This document shows positions 1 to 9,161 of a stretch of DNA of 64,000 nucleotides, one piece after another. Numbering within the stretch: position 1 is the stretch's first letter; each line of letters begins with the position of its first letter. The stretch is from an uncultured Lachnospiraceae bacterium (GTDB taxonomy: Bacteria > Bacillota > Clostridia > Lachnospirales > Lachnospiraceae), in contig CAUVOD010000004.1 in assembly GCA_963553525.1 (NCBI GenBank), positions 2,125-66,124 of the forward strand, written 5' to 3'. Position numbers and translations under genes: made by a program. The notes below the pieces were generated by a model. It did no database searches. It saw nothing but the letters and a program-made list of their open reading frames with translations, and was not told where the DNA came from.

Positions 1-108
1 CTCTGTCCTTTCTCTGTGTATCTGGTCGCCACTGACATAGGTGTACCCCTCGTCTTTGAACAACTCCATTATTGACATTTCCAATGCGTGTTCATTAAAA
101 TTTGCCAT
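1..108 (-). CDS. hsdR: Type I restriction endonuclease R subunit, N-terminal fragment (runs off left edge)
   Basis: Not in ORF track. Manual translation from ATG at 108 (SD AAGGAG upstream) gives MANFNEHALEMSIMELFKDEGYTYVSGDQIHRERTE, a typical HsdR N-terminus; an hsdS fragment is nearby. Confidence 0.8.
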   Translation of the reverse strand, partial: MANFNEHALEMSIMELFKDEGYTYVSGDQIHRERTE

Positions 109-139
109 TGCGTTCACTCCTTTGGTATTCTGCATCAAA

Positions 140-1012
140 TTATGATGCAACTACACTTGTATAATAAGCATTATAAAGTGCTTGTACTGTTTCATAATAT
201 TTATCTTCATAAGTTTCTGCTTGTGCGTCGGTATACTCTAAGAAAAACCGACAATCAACCTCTTCGCCAAACTTATTATTTATAATTATTGCTATATTCT
301 CAACAAGTTCCATCATCCACATACAAACGGTTTCTTCTCTTGTGTGTGCAAGACTTTGATATTCCCATACATAATCAATCGGAGGTATAGGTGTTTCCTT
401 ATCAAAATCCATTTTTCTATCTACAAAATAATAGAAATATTCATCAATATACTCCCCAATAGATATTTGAGCCACATTCAAAATCATCATCAGACGATTT
501 TCTTTGTTTATAGGTTCAAAGATATTAGGAGTGCCGTTCCATTCTAATTCTCGGTATCTATCATAGCTTCGATGAAAATATTTTGCTCCATCATACAAAT
601 AATCCCTTCCCAAATTATATTTCTCTATGTCTTGCTGAAGTTTATCTATACATCCCTGTAACCAATACTTTCCCGTAAATTGTTTAATCTTATATCCGGC
701 TTGATTTAATATCTCATTTTGTAATTCTTCAGAACACCGGCAGTATTCCGAATAAATTTTCCTTGTATGCTTTTCAAGCGGATATAGATTAGCTGCTATA
801 ACACACCACGGCAAATAATCTCTTTCCTCTTGATTATCAATTAGAAAAAGTCGAGCTTTTTCTTGCAATGCTATACGTTCCTTTTCGCATTGCAATTTCT
901 GTATTTCCTTTTCATGTCGTGATTGCAACCAATAAATCAAAAAAGAAACTGCTATTGTTGCCACCAGTGACAATACTCCGATTATAATCTGAATTATATC
1001 TGCTAATGACAT
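140..1012 (-). CDS. Hypothetical protein with N-terminal TM helix and coiled coil, directly upstream of hsdR
   Basis: 290 aa ORF, strong SD AAGGAGG, hydrophobic IIQIIIGVLSLVATIAVSFLIYWL; no family recognised. Confidence 0.8.
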   Translation of the reverse strand: MSLADIIQIIIGVLSLVATIAVSFLIYWLQSRHEKEIQKLQCEKERIALQEKARLFLIDNQEERDYLPWCVIAANLYPLEKHTRKIYSEYCRCSEELQNEILNQAGYKIKQFTGKYWLQGCIDKLQQDIEKYNLGRDYLYDGAKYFHRSYDRYRELEWNGTPNIFEPINKENRLMMILNVAQISIGEYIDEYFYYFVDRKMDFDKETPIPPIDYVWEYQSLAHTREETVCMWMMELVENIAIIINNKFGEEVDCRFFLEYTDAQAETYEDKYYETVQALYNAYYTSVVAS

Positions 1013-1024
1013 AGGTTCCTCCTT

Positions 1025-1591
1025 GTAAATGATAATTTAGAAGCAACTGCAAGTGCCATGTTCAAGGAACGCTTTTCTATTGAAAGAGCAAATCCTGAAT
1101 GGTTAGTTGGAACATTGCAAGACCTATATACATTCCAATATGGGAAAGGTAACAATAATCCTGACAACGGTGGTGTTTATCCGGTTTACGGTAGCAATGG
1201 TATCATTGGCGGATATGATGAATACAACAATGAAGATGCTCCCGTTATCGGACATATTGGCATTAACTGTGGTTCTTTGGTCTTTGCTTTTGGCAAACAC
1301 TTTGTTACCTATAATGGTGTTATGTGTAATGTGAATAATCCCAAGAATAAATATTTTGGATACCTTACACTTGCTAATAGCAGGTTGCAAGCTCACGTTC
1401 GTGGTAGTTCTCAGCCTTTTGTTTCATACGATATGTTATACGAAATCAAGGCAGTTTTACCGCCGAGTGAGGTCATAGAGCAGTTTGAGAAACAAGTAAC
1501 GCCATTGTTTGAACAAGTATCTTCAAACCAAAGGGAGATAAAACACCTTTTAGAACTGCAAACCATACAACTTGCTCGTCTTGCAAACTAA
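1025..1591 (+). CDS. hsdS: hsdS half-gene (single TRD cassette), probably silent
   Basis: Frame open from 1025: VNDNLEATASAMFKERF...W..GTL.D; YPVYGSNGIIG; GSSQP; LPPSEVIEQF. About half the length of HsdS, no SD, antisense to hsdR. Confidence 0.85.
   Translation, partial: VNDNLEATASAMFKERFSIERANPEWLVGTLQDLYTFQYGKGNNNPDNGGVYPVYGSNGIIGGYDEYNNEDAPVIGHIGINCGSLVFAFGKHFVTYNGVMCNVNNPKNKYFGYLTLANSRLQAHVRGSSQPFVSYDMLYEIKAVLPPSEVIEQFEKQVTPLFEQVSSNQREIKHLLELQTIQLARLAN
1026..1040 (+). repeat. Inverted repeat left copy TAAATGATAATTTAG (putative recombination site)
   Basis: Perfect 15-bp inverted copy at 1596-1610; encodes the conserved HsdS spacer NDNL. Confidence 0.85.
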
Positions 1592-1595
1592 GCCG

Positions 1596-1610
1596 CTAAA
1601 TTATCATTTA
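1596..1610 (-). repeat. Inverted repeat right copy (minus strand reads KINDNLAA*)
   Basis: CTAAATTATCATTTA is the reverse complement of 1026-1040. Confidence 0.85.
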
Positions 1611-1624
1611 TCTTTTTCTTTCTG

Positions 1625-1656
1625 AAAATGGGCAATTCCGTAATGGAACTGCCCAT
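1625..1656 (-). terminator. Putative intrinsic terminator downstream of lysS
   Basis: Stem ATGGGCAATTCC/GGAACTGCCCAT with 5-nt loop, short U run on minus strand. Confidence 0.55.
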
Positions 1657-1794
1657 ATATCTTGAAAATTATGCGATTTTTAAGGCTCTGCACCGTTTCA
1701 AGCACCATTTGGTGTAAATTTGGTGTATTTGTGTATTTTCAGAGCTTTTTCACAAATGAAGTACATCCCGTTTTATAGGGTAAAACGGTACTTC

Positions 1795-3924
1795 TTAATA
1801 GAGCTTTGCACCAGCCGGAATTCTGTCATCTACCATCAGAAGGTTCAGTCCTTCGTGACCGTCTTCCTCGTGTACTGCTGAAATCAGCATACCTTCAGAA
1901 TCAATTCCCATCATCTTTCTCGGTGGCAGGTTCACGATAGCGATTGCAGTCTTACCAACCAGTTCTTCCGGCTCGTAATAGTCGTGAATACCGCTTAAAA
2001 TCACACGGTCTTTGCGTTCTCCGTCATCTAATGTAAACTTCAGAAGCTTCTTTGACTTCGGTACTGCTTCACAAGCTAAAATCTTAACTGCACGGAAATC
2101 AGATTTTGCAAATGTATCGAAATCTACCATTTCTTCAAAAATTGGCTCAATCTTCACATTAGAGAAATCAATTTTCTCAGGCTCTGAATTTGGTGTAGAA
2201 ACCTCTTTAGAACTTACACCATTTTCGGATTTTACACCACCGATGGTCTTCATTGTCGGGAAAAGTATAACGTCCCTTATCGTCGTCTGTCCCGTCATCA
2301 GCATGATGAGTCTGTCTATTCCGTAGCCTATGCCGCCCGTGGGGGGCATTCCGATTTCAAGAGCGTTCAGGAAGTCCTCGTCGATGCGGTTCGCTTCTTC
2401 GTCGCCTGCCGCCAAAAGTCTTTCCTGTTCAACGAAACGCTCTCGCTGATCTATGGGATCGTTAATCTCCGAATACGCATTGCACATTTCATTGCCCATA
2501 ATATAAAGCTCAAAGCGCTGTACATATTCGGGATCGCCCTGCTTCTTCTTCGTGAGCGGTGATATCTCAATCGGATGATCCGTTACAAAGGTGGGCTGTA
2601 TCATTTTATGCTCACAAAATTCATCAAAGAAAAGGTTTAAAATATCTCCCTTTTTGTGATGCGCTTCATAATGCACTCCCTTTTCATCCGCTATCTTTTT
2701 AGCCTCATCCGTATCCGCAACGGCTCTGAAATCTATTCCCGTCGCCTCTTTTACAGCGTCTATCATAGTTATTCGCTTGAAAGGTGAGCCGAGATCTATT
2801 TCCAGGAAAAGCCCTGCCTTTTCCGTTGAAAGCTCCGTCTTTTCCGTCGAAAGCCCCGTCTTTTCCGTCGAAAGCTCCGTCTTTTCCGTCGAAAGCCCTG
2901 TCTTTTCCGTTGAAAGCTCCGTCTTTTCTACTCCGTCCCCATCAGGTACGCCGACTCTTTTTACCCCGTCAAGCAGAGCCTCGGCGGAGCCTTCTTTTAC
3001 GGGAATCTTTATTGTGGTCGTTCCGAGAACCTCGCTCGCCACATGACGGAACATTTCTTCCGTAAGCTCCATCATACCGTTGTAATCTGTATAAGCCTGA
3101 TAAAGCTCCATAAGAGTGAATTCGGGATTGTGCTTGGTATCGAGCCCTTCATTGCGAAAAACTCTTCCTATCTCGTATACTCTTTCAAGTCCGCCTACTA
3201 TCAGTCTTTTCAGGTAAAGCTCCAAAGATATGCGAAGCTTGATGTCCTCGTCAAGCGAGTTGTAATGCGTTTCAAAGGGTCTTGCAGCAGCACCGCCCGC
3301 ATTCGGAACCAGCATAGGAGTTTCAACCTCCAAAAAGCCTTTGTTATCAAGAAAACGTCTGATTGATGAAATAACCTTGGATCTTGTAACAAAGGTGTTT
3401 TTTACATCCTCATTCATAATGAGGTCGGTATAGCGCTGTCTGTATCTTAAATCTCTATCCTGGAAGCCGTGGAATTTTTCGGGCAGTATTTGCAGGCTCT
3501 TGGAAAGAAGTGTTATCTCATCGGCATGTACGGATATTTCCCCCGTTTTTGTCTTAAATACTTTTCCTCTTATTCCTACTATATCGCCTATATCATACTT
3601 CTTAAATTCCGCATAAGCCTCTTCTCCTATGGAATCCCTTGCTACATAGCTCTGTATTCTTCCCTCGAGATCCTGAACGGTGCAAAAAGAAGCCTTGCCC
3701 ATGACTCTTTTTCCCATCATGCGTCCGGCAATCGAGACTTCCTTATCCTCGTATTTTGCAAAATTTTCTTTTATTTTCCGGCTGTGCTCACTTTGATTAA
3801 ATGTGACGTTTACAAAGGGATCTTTTCCCGAAGCCTGAAGCTCTGAAAGCTTATCTCGCTTGACCTGTCTGAGTCTGCCTACGTCTTCATTTTGTACGCT
3901 ATTCATTTTTTGATTTTCCGACAT
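1795..3924 (-). CDS. lysS: Lysine--tRNA ligase (class II) with C-terminal tRNA-binding OB domain
   Basis: FLEVETPM, FRNEG..HNPEF, GMPPTGGIGYGIDRL, ILFPTMK; C-terminal SKKLL..SGI..NLPPRKMMGIDSEGM (Trbp111/MetG-C type). Confidence 0.97.
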   Translation of the reverse strand: MSENQKMNSVQNEDVGRLRQVKRDKLSELQASGKDPFVNVTFNQSEHSRKIKENFAKYEDKEVSIAGRMMGKRVMGKASFCTVQDLEGRIQSYVARDSIGEEAYAEFKKYDIGDIVGIRGKVFKTKTGEISVHADEITLLSKSLQILPEKFHGFQDRDLRYRQRYTDLIMNEDVKNTFVTRSKVISSIRRFLDNKGFLEVETPMLVPNAGGAAARPFETHYNSLDEDIKLRISLELYLKRLIVGGLERVYEIGRVFRNEGLDTKHNPEFTLMELYQAYTDYNGMMELTEEMFRHVASEVLGTTTIKIPVKEGSAEALLDGVKRVGVPDGDGVEKTELSTEKTGLSTEKTELSTEKTGLSTEKTELSTEKAGLFLEIDLGSPFKRITMIDAVKEATGIDFRAVADTDEAKKIADEKGVHYEAHHKKGDILNLFFDEFCEHKMIQPTFVTDHPIEISPLTKKKQGDPEYVQRFELYIMGNEMCNAYSEINDPIDQRERFVEQERLLAAGDEEANRIDEDFLNALEIGMPPTGGIGYGIDRLIMLMTGQTTIRDVILFPTMKTIGGVKSENGVSSKEVSTPNSEPEKIDFSNVKIEPIFEEMVDFDTFAKSDFRAVKILACEAVPKSKKLLKFTLDDGERKDRVILSGIHDYYEPEELVGKTAIAIVNLPPRKMMGIDSEGMLISAVHEEDGHEGLNLLMVDDRIPAGAKLY
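2808..2928. repeat. In-frame 21-bp tandem repeat (5 full copies plus partials) inside lysS
   Basis: TTTTCCGTYGAAAGCYCYGTC units at 2819, 2840, 2861, 2882, 2903; encodes KT(E/G)LSTE. Confidence 0.95.
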
Positions 3925-4180
3925 TGTTTCCTCATTTCTACTGCAATATGTTTATGGTTTATGTCTCCTGCAATCGGAAAGCAATTACACTTCCCGCAGC
4001 CTAAGCCGCTATAATACTATAAAACGATATATATCGTCTTTCCTTATTTATAAGGCTTTTATATGTATTTTCATTTTTATCAAATCCATTTACATATACT
4101 GACTTTTCAAGTAAACGTAATTATTTTACTTAGTATATATGTAAAATACAAGTTCCGCTTTACCTAAAACGAATATGCTA

Positions 4181-4215
4181 AAAGCTCCGGCAGATTCAAG
4201 TCCTGCCGGAGCTTT
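4181..4215 (-). terminator. Intrinsic terminator after greA
   Basis: 13-bp stem AAAGCTCCGGCAG/CTGCCGGAGCTTT just past the greA stop. Confidence 0.75.
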
Positions 4216-4232
4216 AAATACCAAAAGTTTTA

Positions 4233-4709
4233 TTATCGTTCAATTTTCAAAACCTTGAACTTGAATTCGCCTTTCGGAGCTTCAACCTTAACGACGTCGT
4301 TTTTCTTTGCTCCTATAAGCGCTCTTCCTATGGGAGAATCGGCTGAAATCTTTCCGTTTAAGCTGTTTGCCTCACTGCCGCCCACGATAACATATTCGGC
4401 ATCCTTTTTGGTTGCCTGATTTTGAATTTTAACCTTGCTGCCGATATTTACTCTATTGACATCAATAGTATCCTCATCAATAACCTCCGCATTTTTAAGC
4501 AGATTTTCAAGCTCTTCTATTCTGGCTTCAATATCACGCTGTTCGTCCTTTGCGGCATCATATTCGGCATTTTCGGAAAGATCCCCCTGTGCTCTGGCTT
4601 CTTTGATTTTTTCCGCAATTTCTCTGCGCTTATTTACTCTCAAGTCTTCAAGTTCATCTTCAAAGGCTTTTAATCCTGCATATGTAAGAATGTTCTTTTT
4701 CTCGGACAT
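4233..4709 (-). CDS. greA: Transcription elongation factor GreA
   Basis: GDLSENAEYDAAK, ISADSPIGRALIG; start moved to ATG 4709 after SD GGAGG. Confidence 0.97.
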   Translation of the reverse strand: MSEKKNILTYAGLKAFEDELEDLRVNKRREIAEKIKEARAQGDLSENAEYDAAKDEQRDIEARIEELENLLKNAEVIDEDTIDVNRVNIGSKVKIQNQATKKDAEYVIVGGSEANSLNGKISADSPIGRALIGAKKNDVVKVEAPKGEFKFKVLKIER

Positions 4710-4746
4710 TTCAAACTCCTCCACTATACTGATAGAACAAGTGTGT

Positions 4747-4775
4747 ATTATACATAGCGCCTATACTAAATGCAA
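4747..4775 (-). promoter_or_regulatory. Sigma-A promoter of greA
   Basis: TTGCAT-17-TATAAT on minus strand. Confidence 0.7.
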
Positions 4776-4857
4776 TAGTAATCTTGGATATTATCTGCAC
4801 ATTTACATATTTTGGAGCTTTTACAGCGGAGGACTTTATACATTTTAAACAAATACT

Positions 4858-5850
4858 TTAATTATTCCAAAATCGCTTGACCAATTTTATTAACTCTTCC
4901 ACATCATCAACTTTGTTAACCTCATTCCGCATTTTGGACGAGCCTTCTTTTCCGCTTGCGTACCAGGCTATATGCTTTCTGAGCTCAAGTATTCCCCTTT
5001 GCCTTCCCTTCTCCTCAAGCATTAAATCTATATGTCTTAATATGAGCTCACGCTTTTCTTTCTCACAAGGCTTTTCAATAAGGTTTCCGTTCAGCAGATA
5101 TTCTTTTACTTCCTTAAATATCCAAGGGTTTCCCAGCGCTGCTCTTGCTATCATAACCGCATCGCAGCCGGTTTCTTCAAACATATTTCTTGCCGACTCT
5201 CCGTCCTTTATATCGCCGTTTCCGCATACCGGCACTTTGAGCGCTCTTTTCACAGCCTTTATTATGCTCCAATTTGCAGAGCCTAAGTAATATTCTTCTC
5301 TGGTTCTTGCATGCACGCTTACCATTTTTGCGCCCCCGGCTTCCGCAGCAAGCGCACATTCCACGGCATTTATATGCTCTTTATCTATGCCCGATCTTAT
5401 TTTTACCGTGACGGGTATATCACAATCGCGCTTTTTTAAGGCATTCGAGGCGGTTCTTACTATATTTTCTATAAGTCCGGGATCCTTCATCAAAGCACTT
5501 CCCGCACCATTTTTGAATACCTTGGGAGCCGGGCAGCCCATATTTATGTCCAAAATATCAAAGCTGTTAAGATCAAGAAGGGGTATGGCGGCGGCAATCG
5601 ACTCTTCATCGGATGTAAACAGCTGAACCGCCGCAGGTCTTTCATCCGGATGTATTTTTAAGAGCTCTTTCGTTCCTTTATTTTCATATATAATCGCTTT
5701 GCAGCTTATAAGCTCCGTGACTTGGAGGGAGGCTCCCATCTCATGGCAGAGCAAACGAAATGGCAGGTCGGATGCCCCTGCCATAGGTCCGAAAAATATA
5801 TTTCCGTCCGGTTTTATATTTCCTATTTGTATCGGGTGATAATATGACAA
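4858..5850 (-). CDS. dusB: tRNA-dihydrouridine synthase
   Basis: PMAG, DINMGCP, GAGSAL, VHART, NGDI motifs; dusB-greA-lysS synteny. Confidence 0.92.
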   Translation of the reverse strand: MSYYHPIQIGNIKPDGNIFFGPMAGASDLPFRLLCHEMGASLQVTELISCKAIIYENKGTKELLKIHPDERPAAVQLFTSDEESIAAAIPLLDLNSFDILDINMGCPAPKVFKNGAGSALMKDPGLIENIVRTASNALKKRDCDIPVTVKIRSGIDKEHINAVECALAAEAGGAKMVSVHARTREEYYLGSANWSIIKAVKRALKVPVCGNGDIKDGESARNMFEETGCDAVMIARAALGNPWIFKEVKEYLLNGNLIEKPCEKEKRELILRHIDLMLEEKGRQRGILELRKHIAWYASGKEGSSKMRNEVNKVDDVEELIKLVKRFWNN

Positions 5851-5862
5851 CTTCTGTACCCG

Positions 5863-6249
5863 TTAATCCTCTTCAAGCAATAAGTCCGCAGCATTTTCAT
5901 GTAAAATCACTATTTTGTAATACAACTCAAGCATACGGAAAAGCTCCGCTCTTCTTCGCCTTACTTCTCCCGTAAGAAGCCCCGCACTTACCGAATCATA
6001 GGTTATGTCATCCTCTTCGGACATTGTGTCGGGCTCTAAAATACCGTCCTCATCAAATGCCAGTATAAATATTCCTCCGGCTTCCTGTGTAAAAAGCACC
6101 GATATATCTCTAAGCTCATCCTTTATTCCATCCGGAATTTTGTCAAATACGGGATTGAACCAGTATTTTTGCTCGTAGGCATTGGCTGCACAAAGAACTA
6201 TTCTTTTATTTTCAGTGTGATTTGTCGTTTCTTTATCTTCGCTGTACAT
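5863..6249 (-). CDS. Conserved hypothetical protein (DUF6145-like)
   Basis: VLCAANAYEQKY..N..F..IP..IKDEL resembles the small clostridial protein found between coaX and dusB. Confidence 0.65.
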   Translation of the reverse strand: MYSEDKETTNHTENKRIVLCAANAYEQKYWFNPVFDKIPDGIKDELRDISVLFTQEAGGIFILAFDEDGILEPDTMSEEDDITYDSVSAGLLTGEVRRRRAELFRMLELYYKIVILHENAADLLLEED

Positions 6250-6342
6250 ATTTTCCTTTAAAAATTTAAATAACCATCATTACCCGGGCATTCGCCAAGG
6301 TCCAGCATCGATCAAGATCCGGCAAGCTCGGTCTCCTTATCA

Positions 6343-7170
6343 TTACTCGCCTAAGCCAAAAGGCGCATCCGCCGGTTTTGATTTTTTATTTTTATCATAT
6401 ATGATCTTAAGTCCTTTAAGAGTCAGATCGGCATCATATATATCAATTTCGTCGACTTCCGCAGCTATCATCCTGCCCAGTCCGCCCGTGGCTACAACCT
6501 TGAGATCGCTATATCCGGACTGCTTTTTTATCTCATTGATAATATATTTGCTTGCACCTATTTGACCGTACACAAGACCCGACTGCATGGTCTGAACCGT
6601 ATCCTTCCCAAGTACGGATTTAGGCTTTTTTATTTCAATCTCCGGAAGCTTTGCGGTATCGTCCCACAAAGCTTTTGCTGAAATTCCTATTCCGGGAGCT
6701 ATAGCTCCTGCACAAAGCTCATTTTTTTCATTTACAAGTATATAGGTGGTTGCTGTTCCGAAATCAATCGAAAGCACGGGATGTCCGTAGAGCTCCGAAG
6801 CCGCAACGCAGTCCACTATAAGGTCGGGACCTATTTCCTTGGGATTGTCCGATGTTATTTTAAGACCCGTTTTTATTCCGGGACCCACTATAAACGGCAT
6901 TTTGCCCACATACTTTACTATCGCTCCCGTAAGAGCGTGCATTACCTTAGGCACAACCGACGCTATTATAACGCCTTCTATACGTTCATATTCAATAAAA
7001 TTATCTTCAAGAAGCTGCCTTATGAGAACCCCGTACTCGTCCGATGTACGCTGCTGCGTACTCATCAGGCGAAAAGATGCCGTTATGTTTTCTTCTTCAA
7101 AAACACCCGCCGTTATATTTGTATTTCCTACGTCAATTACCAAAACGTATCCGCTCTTTTGCTTAGACAT
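6343..7170 (-). CDS. coaX: Type III pantothenate kinase
   Basis: [23 protein letters not shown] motifs. Confidence 0.95.
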   Translation of the reverse strand: MSKQKSGYVLVIDVGNTNITAGVFEEENITASFRLMSTQQRTSDEYGVLIRQLLEDNFIEYERIEGVIIASVVPKVMHALTGAIVKYVGKMPFIVGPGIKTGLKITSDNPKEIGPDLIVDCVAASELYGHPVLSIDFGTATTYILVNEKNELCAGAIAPGIGISAKALWDDTAKLPEIEIKKPKSVLGKDTVQTMQSGLVYGQIGASKYIINEIKKQSGYSDLKVVATGGLGRMIAAEVDEIDIYDADLTLKGLKIIYDKNKKSKPADAPFGLGE

Positions 7171-7191
7171 GATAACCTCTTTTTTGCGGTT

Positions 7192-8199
7192 TTATTCCCC
7201 GGTCTTCATTAAAGTGGAATAAAGTACCGCCTTTATAACGTGAAGGCGATTTTCCGACTGCTCAAAAACTATTGATCTGTCGGATTCAAAGACTTCATCG
7301 GAAACCTCTATTTCATCCAATCCGAATCTTTTCTTCAATTCTTTTCCGAGAACGCTGTCCGTGTTATGAAGGGAGGGAAGGCAATGCATAAATACGGCTC
7401 TCTCATCGGCATTGTCCATGACCTTTGATGTCACTTTATACGGCATAAGATCCTTTATCCTGTCCTGCCATACAGCATCATCTTCATCCATGGGTACCCA
7501 TATATCCGTATATATCACATCAGCCGATTCGGTGCCCTTTTCCACGTCCTCGGTAAGCTCGATCGAAGCCTTTGTTTCCTTTGCTGTTTCTCTGCATATA
7601 TCCACAAGCTTTTCATCGGGAAAATATTTTTTATTCGTAATCGCAACGAAATTCATTCCCATCTTGGCGCATGCCACCATAAGCGAATTGGCGGTATTGC
7701 ACCTTGCATTGCCAAGATAACAGAGCTTTATTTCTTTCAAATATCCGAAATGCTCCTGTATGGTCAAAAGATCCGCAAGCATCTGCGTAGGATGAAATTC
7801 GTTTGTAAGTCCGTTCCAAACCGGAACCTTGGAATATCCGGCAAGAGTTTCAATCTTTTCCTGTTCATATCCCCTATATTCTATTCCGTCATATAGGGAC
7901 GAAAGAACTCTCGCCGTGTCGGCTATCGACTCTTTAAGAGCAATCTGCGAATTTTCCCTATCCAGATAGGTTGTTCCTATTCCAAGATCACGTGCGGCAA
8001 CCTCAAAAGCGCATCTGGTGCGGGTACTGACTTTTTCAAAGATAAGGGCTATATTTACACCGTCCAAAACCTTGTGCGGTATACCGTTTCTTTTTTTTAA
8101 CTTAAATTCAGTAGCAACGTCCAAAAGACTTCTTATCTCATCAGCACTGAAATCAAGAAGCTTCAAAAAGTCTCTTCCGTACAAGTCCGCCCCGTCCAT
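7192..8199 (-). CDS. argF: Ornithine carbamoyltransferase
   Basis: STRTRCAFEV, HPTQMLAD, FMHCLP, ENRLH. Confidence 0.9.
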   Translation of the reverse strand: MDGADLYGRDFLKLLDFSADEIRSLLDVATEFKLKKRNGIPHKVLDGVNIALIFEKVSTRTRCAFEVAARDLGIGTTYLDRENSQIALKESIADTARVLSSLYDGIEYRGYEQEKIETLAGYSKVPVWNGLTNEFHPTQMLADLLTIQEHFGYLKEIKLCYLGNARCNTANSLMVACAKMGMNFVAITNKKYFPDEKLVDICRETAKETKASIELTEDVEKGTESADVIYTDIWVPMDEDDAVWQDRIKDLMPYKVTSKVMDNADERAVFMHCLPSLHNTDSVLGKELKKRFGLDEIEVSDEVFESDRSIVFEQSENRLHVIKAVLYSTLMKTGE

Positions 8200-8221
8200 A
8201 TGATCACCTTTCACAAGCCGC

Positions 8222-9148
8222 TTAGTTTATCATTTCCTTTATTGTTGCGCTGAGTCCCGCTATCGATTGAAGATTTGAAGGAATGATTATCTTGGTTGCC
8301 TGCCCGTCGGCAGCCTTTGCAAACGCTTCAAGACTCTTAATGGTAAGAACGGATTCATCGGCACCGGCTTCCTTAATCGCTTTAATACCGTCCGCAGTAG
8401 CCTGCTGAACCTGTCTGATGGCCTCAGCACGACCTTCGGCTTCTCTTATTTCTTTTTCTTTTTGCGCTTCGGCCGCAAGTATAGTGGACTGCTTTTCAGC
8501 TTCGGCATTAAGGATCTGCGACTGCTTTCTACCTTCAGCTACAAGGATTGCACTTCTCTGCTCACCTTCCGCTCTGAGAATGGACTCTCTCTTTTCACGC
8601 TCCGCCTTCATCTGCTTTTCCATGGCTTCTCTTATGGCTGCCGGAGGAGTAATATTCTTAAGCTCAACTCTTGTTACCTTTATTCCCCAAGGATCGGTAG
8701 CAATATCAAGCTGTGAACGCATCTTCGTATTGATTATTTCACGGCTTGTAAGAGTCTGGTCGAGCTCCATTTCACCTATTATGTTACGAAGCGTCGTAGC
8801 CGTAAGATTTTCAATAGCCATAATGGGGTTTTCCACGCCGTATGCAAAAAGTCTGGGATCGGTAATCATAAAGAATACGATGGAGTCAATCTGCATGGTT
8901 ACGTTATCCTTTGTAATAACGGGCTGAGGAGCAAAATCACAAACCTGCTCTTTAAGATTTACTCTTCTTGCTATTCTGTCGATAAAAGGAACCTTCATAT
9001 GAAGACCGACCTGCCATGTGTCCTGATATGCGCCCAGTCTTTCAATAACGTAAGCATGAGCCTGCGGTACTATCTTCACACAGCTGGAAATCAGCCCGAG
9101 AATCAAAACCGCAAACACAATCAAAAAAACCAATAAACCTCCACCCAT
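8222..9148 (-). CDS. SPFH/band 7 membrane protein
   Basis: N-terminal TM; VITKDNV, TTLRNIIG, DPWGIKV, AMEKQMKAER. Confidence 0.93.
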   Translation of the reverse strand: MGGGLLVFLIVFAVLILGLISSCVKIVPQAHAYVIERLGAYQDTWQVGLHMKVPFIDRIARRVNLKEQVCDFAPQPVITKDNVTMQIDSIVFFMITDPRLFAYGVENPIMAIENLTATTLRNIIGEMELDQTLTSREIINTKMRSQLDIATDPWGIKVTRVELKNITPPAAIREAMEKQMKAEREKRESILRAEGEQRSAILVAEGRKQSQILNAEAEKQSTILAAEAQKEKEIREAEGRAEAIRQVQQATADGIKAIKEAGADESVLTIKSLEAFAKAADGQATKIIIPSNLQSIAGLSATIKEMIN

Positions 9149-9161
9149 CTTAAATCCTCCT

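Larger units (their letters stand above)
1..2262. mobile_element. Right edge of an integrative genomic island inserted in the lysS 3' region
   Basis: AT-richer than the rest of the window; R-M cargo; Ile codon switch inside lysS at ~2250; repeated TGGTGTA/TACACCA motifs at 1708-1727 and 2187-2239; integrase not in window. Confidence 0.6.

Noticed and set aside
4001..4011. CTAAGCCGCTA identical to 1588-1598
   Set aside because: Only 11 bp, lacks the repeat core; plausibly chance
3925..4180. T-box riboswitch upstream of lysS
   Set aside because: No GGTGG.ACC-type T-box sequence or terminator/antiterminator pair on the minus strand
6265..6340. Short words (TTACCCGGG, ATTCGCCAAG) shared with 41556-41580
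   Set aside because: Matches are 10 bp or less and in a different order; cannot support a repeat family
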